DNA of 64,000 nucleotides from a virus (Duplodnaviria; Caudoviricetes): IMG/VR virus record IMGVR_UViG_3300028048_000123, positions 1 to 64,000 of that record; one strand, 5' to 3'. Shown piece by piece: positions 63,281 to 64,000 of this stretch (position 1 is its first letter; each line of letters starts with the position of its first letter). The notes under the pieces were generated by a model. It saw only the letters and a program-made list of their open reading frames with translations, ran no database searches and was not told where the DNA came from. The position numbers and the translations under genes were made by a program.

Positions 63281-64000
63281 TTAATATTCTAAATCTATTC
63301 CTTCTGTGATAGCTTTGTAAATTGCTTCTTTTGGGAATTCTATGTGATTTTCATATATCTTTTCTAATGCCTCTTCTCTTGAAATTGGCGCAATGCCTTT
63401 CTTCTCATCGCCCTTTTCAAGCTTATCAAACTCAGCTCTGATAGAAACTGCTGCAGAATCAGCATACCAACGACTTACGTTGTAAGGGTCGCACTTCATA
63501 GCCGGAGCTGTAATACCAAGTTCAATAGCTGCATTAATCATAATTTCAGGAAGACGCTTTTCAACTTGTTCAGCATACTCTTCAGGACATTCAACTAAAA
63601 CTTCGTCGTGCACTGAAATAATCAAGTGTGTGTCCCATGCTCTTAATTGAGGATCTCTATAGATGTCAATCATAGCTTTTTTAGTAAGTGTTCCAGCAGA
63701 ACCTTGAATTAAAGCATTAAAACATTGTCTTTCTGCTTGTGCAATTCTACCAGTATTAGCTTGAATAATAACTGGTTCAAGCTTTTGTGTAGGCTCTTTA
63801 ACATACCAAACCTTTTTGCCATTTCTATATTCTTGGCGCATATGCTTTTCGCCATGTAAAGCTCTTATAGCCATTTTTGTATAACAAGCATTGCTGATTT
63901 CACCATTGCTTTTCCAAGATGGGTCTTTGCTTCTTTGCCATTCATCAGACCTTTGTATCTCTTCTGCTAATACTTCCTTCCAGTATTTAACTGAGTATGA
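63281..64000 (-). CDS. polA: Family A DNA polymerase, C-terminal part (continues beyond the window)
   Basis: RQCFNALIQGSAG and motif C VHDEVLVE; frame open to the window edge. Confidence 0.85.
   Translation of the reverse strand, partial: SYSVKYWKEVLAEEIQRSDEWQRSKDPSWKSNGEISNACYTKMAIRALHGEKHMRQEYRNGKKVWYVKEPTQKLEPVIIQANTGRIAQAERQCFNALIQGSAGTLTKKAMIDIYRDPQLRAWDTHLIISVHDEVLVECPEEYAEQVEKRLPEIMINAAIELGITAPAMKCDPYNVSRWYADSAAVSIRAEFDKLEKGDEKKGIAPISREEALEKIYENHIEFPKEAIYKAITEGIDLEY

Noticed and set aside
1-64000. Suppressor tRNA, release factor, rRNA or CRISPR array
   Set aside because: No cloverleaf-like sequence, release-factor motif or repeat-spacer array was recognised, and intergenic gaps are short. 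They may lie outside the window.

Overview
The window is 64 kb of an AT-rich, large lytic myovirus-type phage genome, and every real gene is on the minus strand. About 25 genes are split by in-frame TGA codons (about 60 by hand count). They read through into complete proteins when TGA is decoded as Trp (translation table 4), so many provided ORFs are fragments. The left part (1-38.7 kb) is a T4-like morphogenesis region: sheath, gp15/gp14/gp13-like neck proteins, major capsid, protease-scaffold, portal and terminase. It also holds acidic putative head proteins, a MoxR AAA+/metallopeptidase/vWA module, a nucleotidyltransferase and a six-gene LRR/glycosyltransferase operon with a GT2-Stealth fusion. 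The right part (38.7-64 kb) carries replication and recombination genes: TopA, SbcCD, RecA, RecU, family A polymerase, a bacterial-type beta clamp with gamma/delta/delta-prime clamp loader, and ClpP. It also has three catalytically degenerate host-enzyme homologues and free-standing homing endonucleases. TGA-Trp is strongly partitioned. It occurs in genes downstream of a recurring GCTAAATTA motif (candidate late promoter) and is absent from the replication genes. The one non-endonuclease exception is a candidate gp55-like late sigma factor beside SbcCD, which suggests a genetic-code switch gating late development. All assignments come from motif recognition by eye; no database search was run.
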